From: an uncultured bacterium
Lineage (GTDB): Bacteria > Acidobacteriota > Thermoanaerobaculia > Multivoradales > JAHZIX01
Direction: 5' to 3'
NCBI GenBank assembly: GCA_965368975.1
Contig: CBDUPA010000007.1
Span: 64,001-128,000 of the forward strand
Length of the DNA: 64,000 bases
In this document: one piece after another, positions 63,951 to 64,000 of the stretch
Layout: each line of letters starts with the position of its first letter
Position numbering within the stretch: the first letter of the stretch is position 1
The notes under the pieces: model-generated
What the model saw: the letters and a program-made list of their open reading frames with translations, nothing else
The model's database searches: none
What the model was told of the DNA's origin: nothing
Made by a program: the position numbers and the translations under genes

Positions 63951-64000
63951 TCAATGGTAATCGACGATATCGACATCAGCTGGTCCGTCCGGAGTCCAGC
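63951..64000 (-). CDS. higB: 3' end of HigB (RelE/ParE-like) toxin, truncated by the window edge
   Basis: ...WTPDGPADVDIVDYH* is the typical HigB C-terminus, directly upstream of higA. Confidence 0.8.
   Translation of the reverse strand, partial: WTPDGPADVDIVDYH

Overview
GC-rich bacterial chromosomal window (gene repertoire suggestive of a large-genome Acidobacteriota or myxobacterium-like organism; this is inference). It holds the tail of a type I PKS (KR-ACP), two separate TE-less NRPS genes (C-A-T-C-A-T and C-A-T-C-A-T-C), a sigma-54 promoter/heme peroxidase/two-component locus, a cfa-type lipid-modification operon, polysaccharide glycosyltransferases, several toxin-antitoxin modules, peptidases and transporters. 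The main finding is a lower-GC island (~45.0-51.95 kb). There a tyrosine recombinase with intact catalytic motifs is followed by a 5.65-kb segment bracketed by perfect 17-bp inverted sites (GATAA-CTAGAAA-TTATC at 46129-46145 and 51795-51811). The segment carries two convergent cargoes: a Ddl-like ATP-grasp ligase plus an AsnB-like amidotransferase on one strand, and a CHAT protease-STAND NTPase-TPR protein on the other. Inversion would rewrite the recombinase C-terminus and make its stop codon overlap the CHAT-STAND start, so this is a candidate phase-variable cargo switch. Also notable: two tandem orphan RiPP precursors sharing the core PQPLSAGPSWCGC, REP palindromes translated in frame inside NRPS A domains, and a Thr module followed by a probable dehydrating C domain. 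All protein assignments come from motif reading, not database searches.
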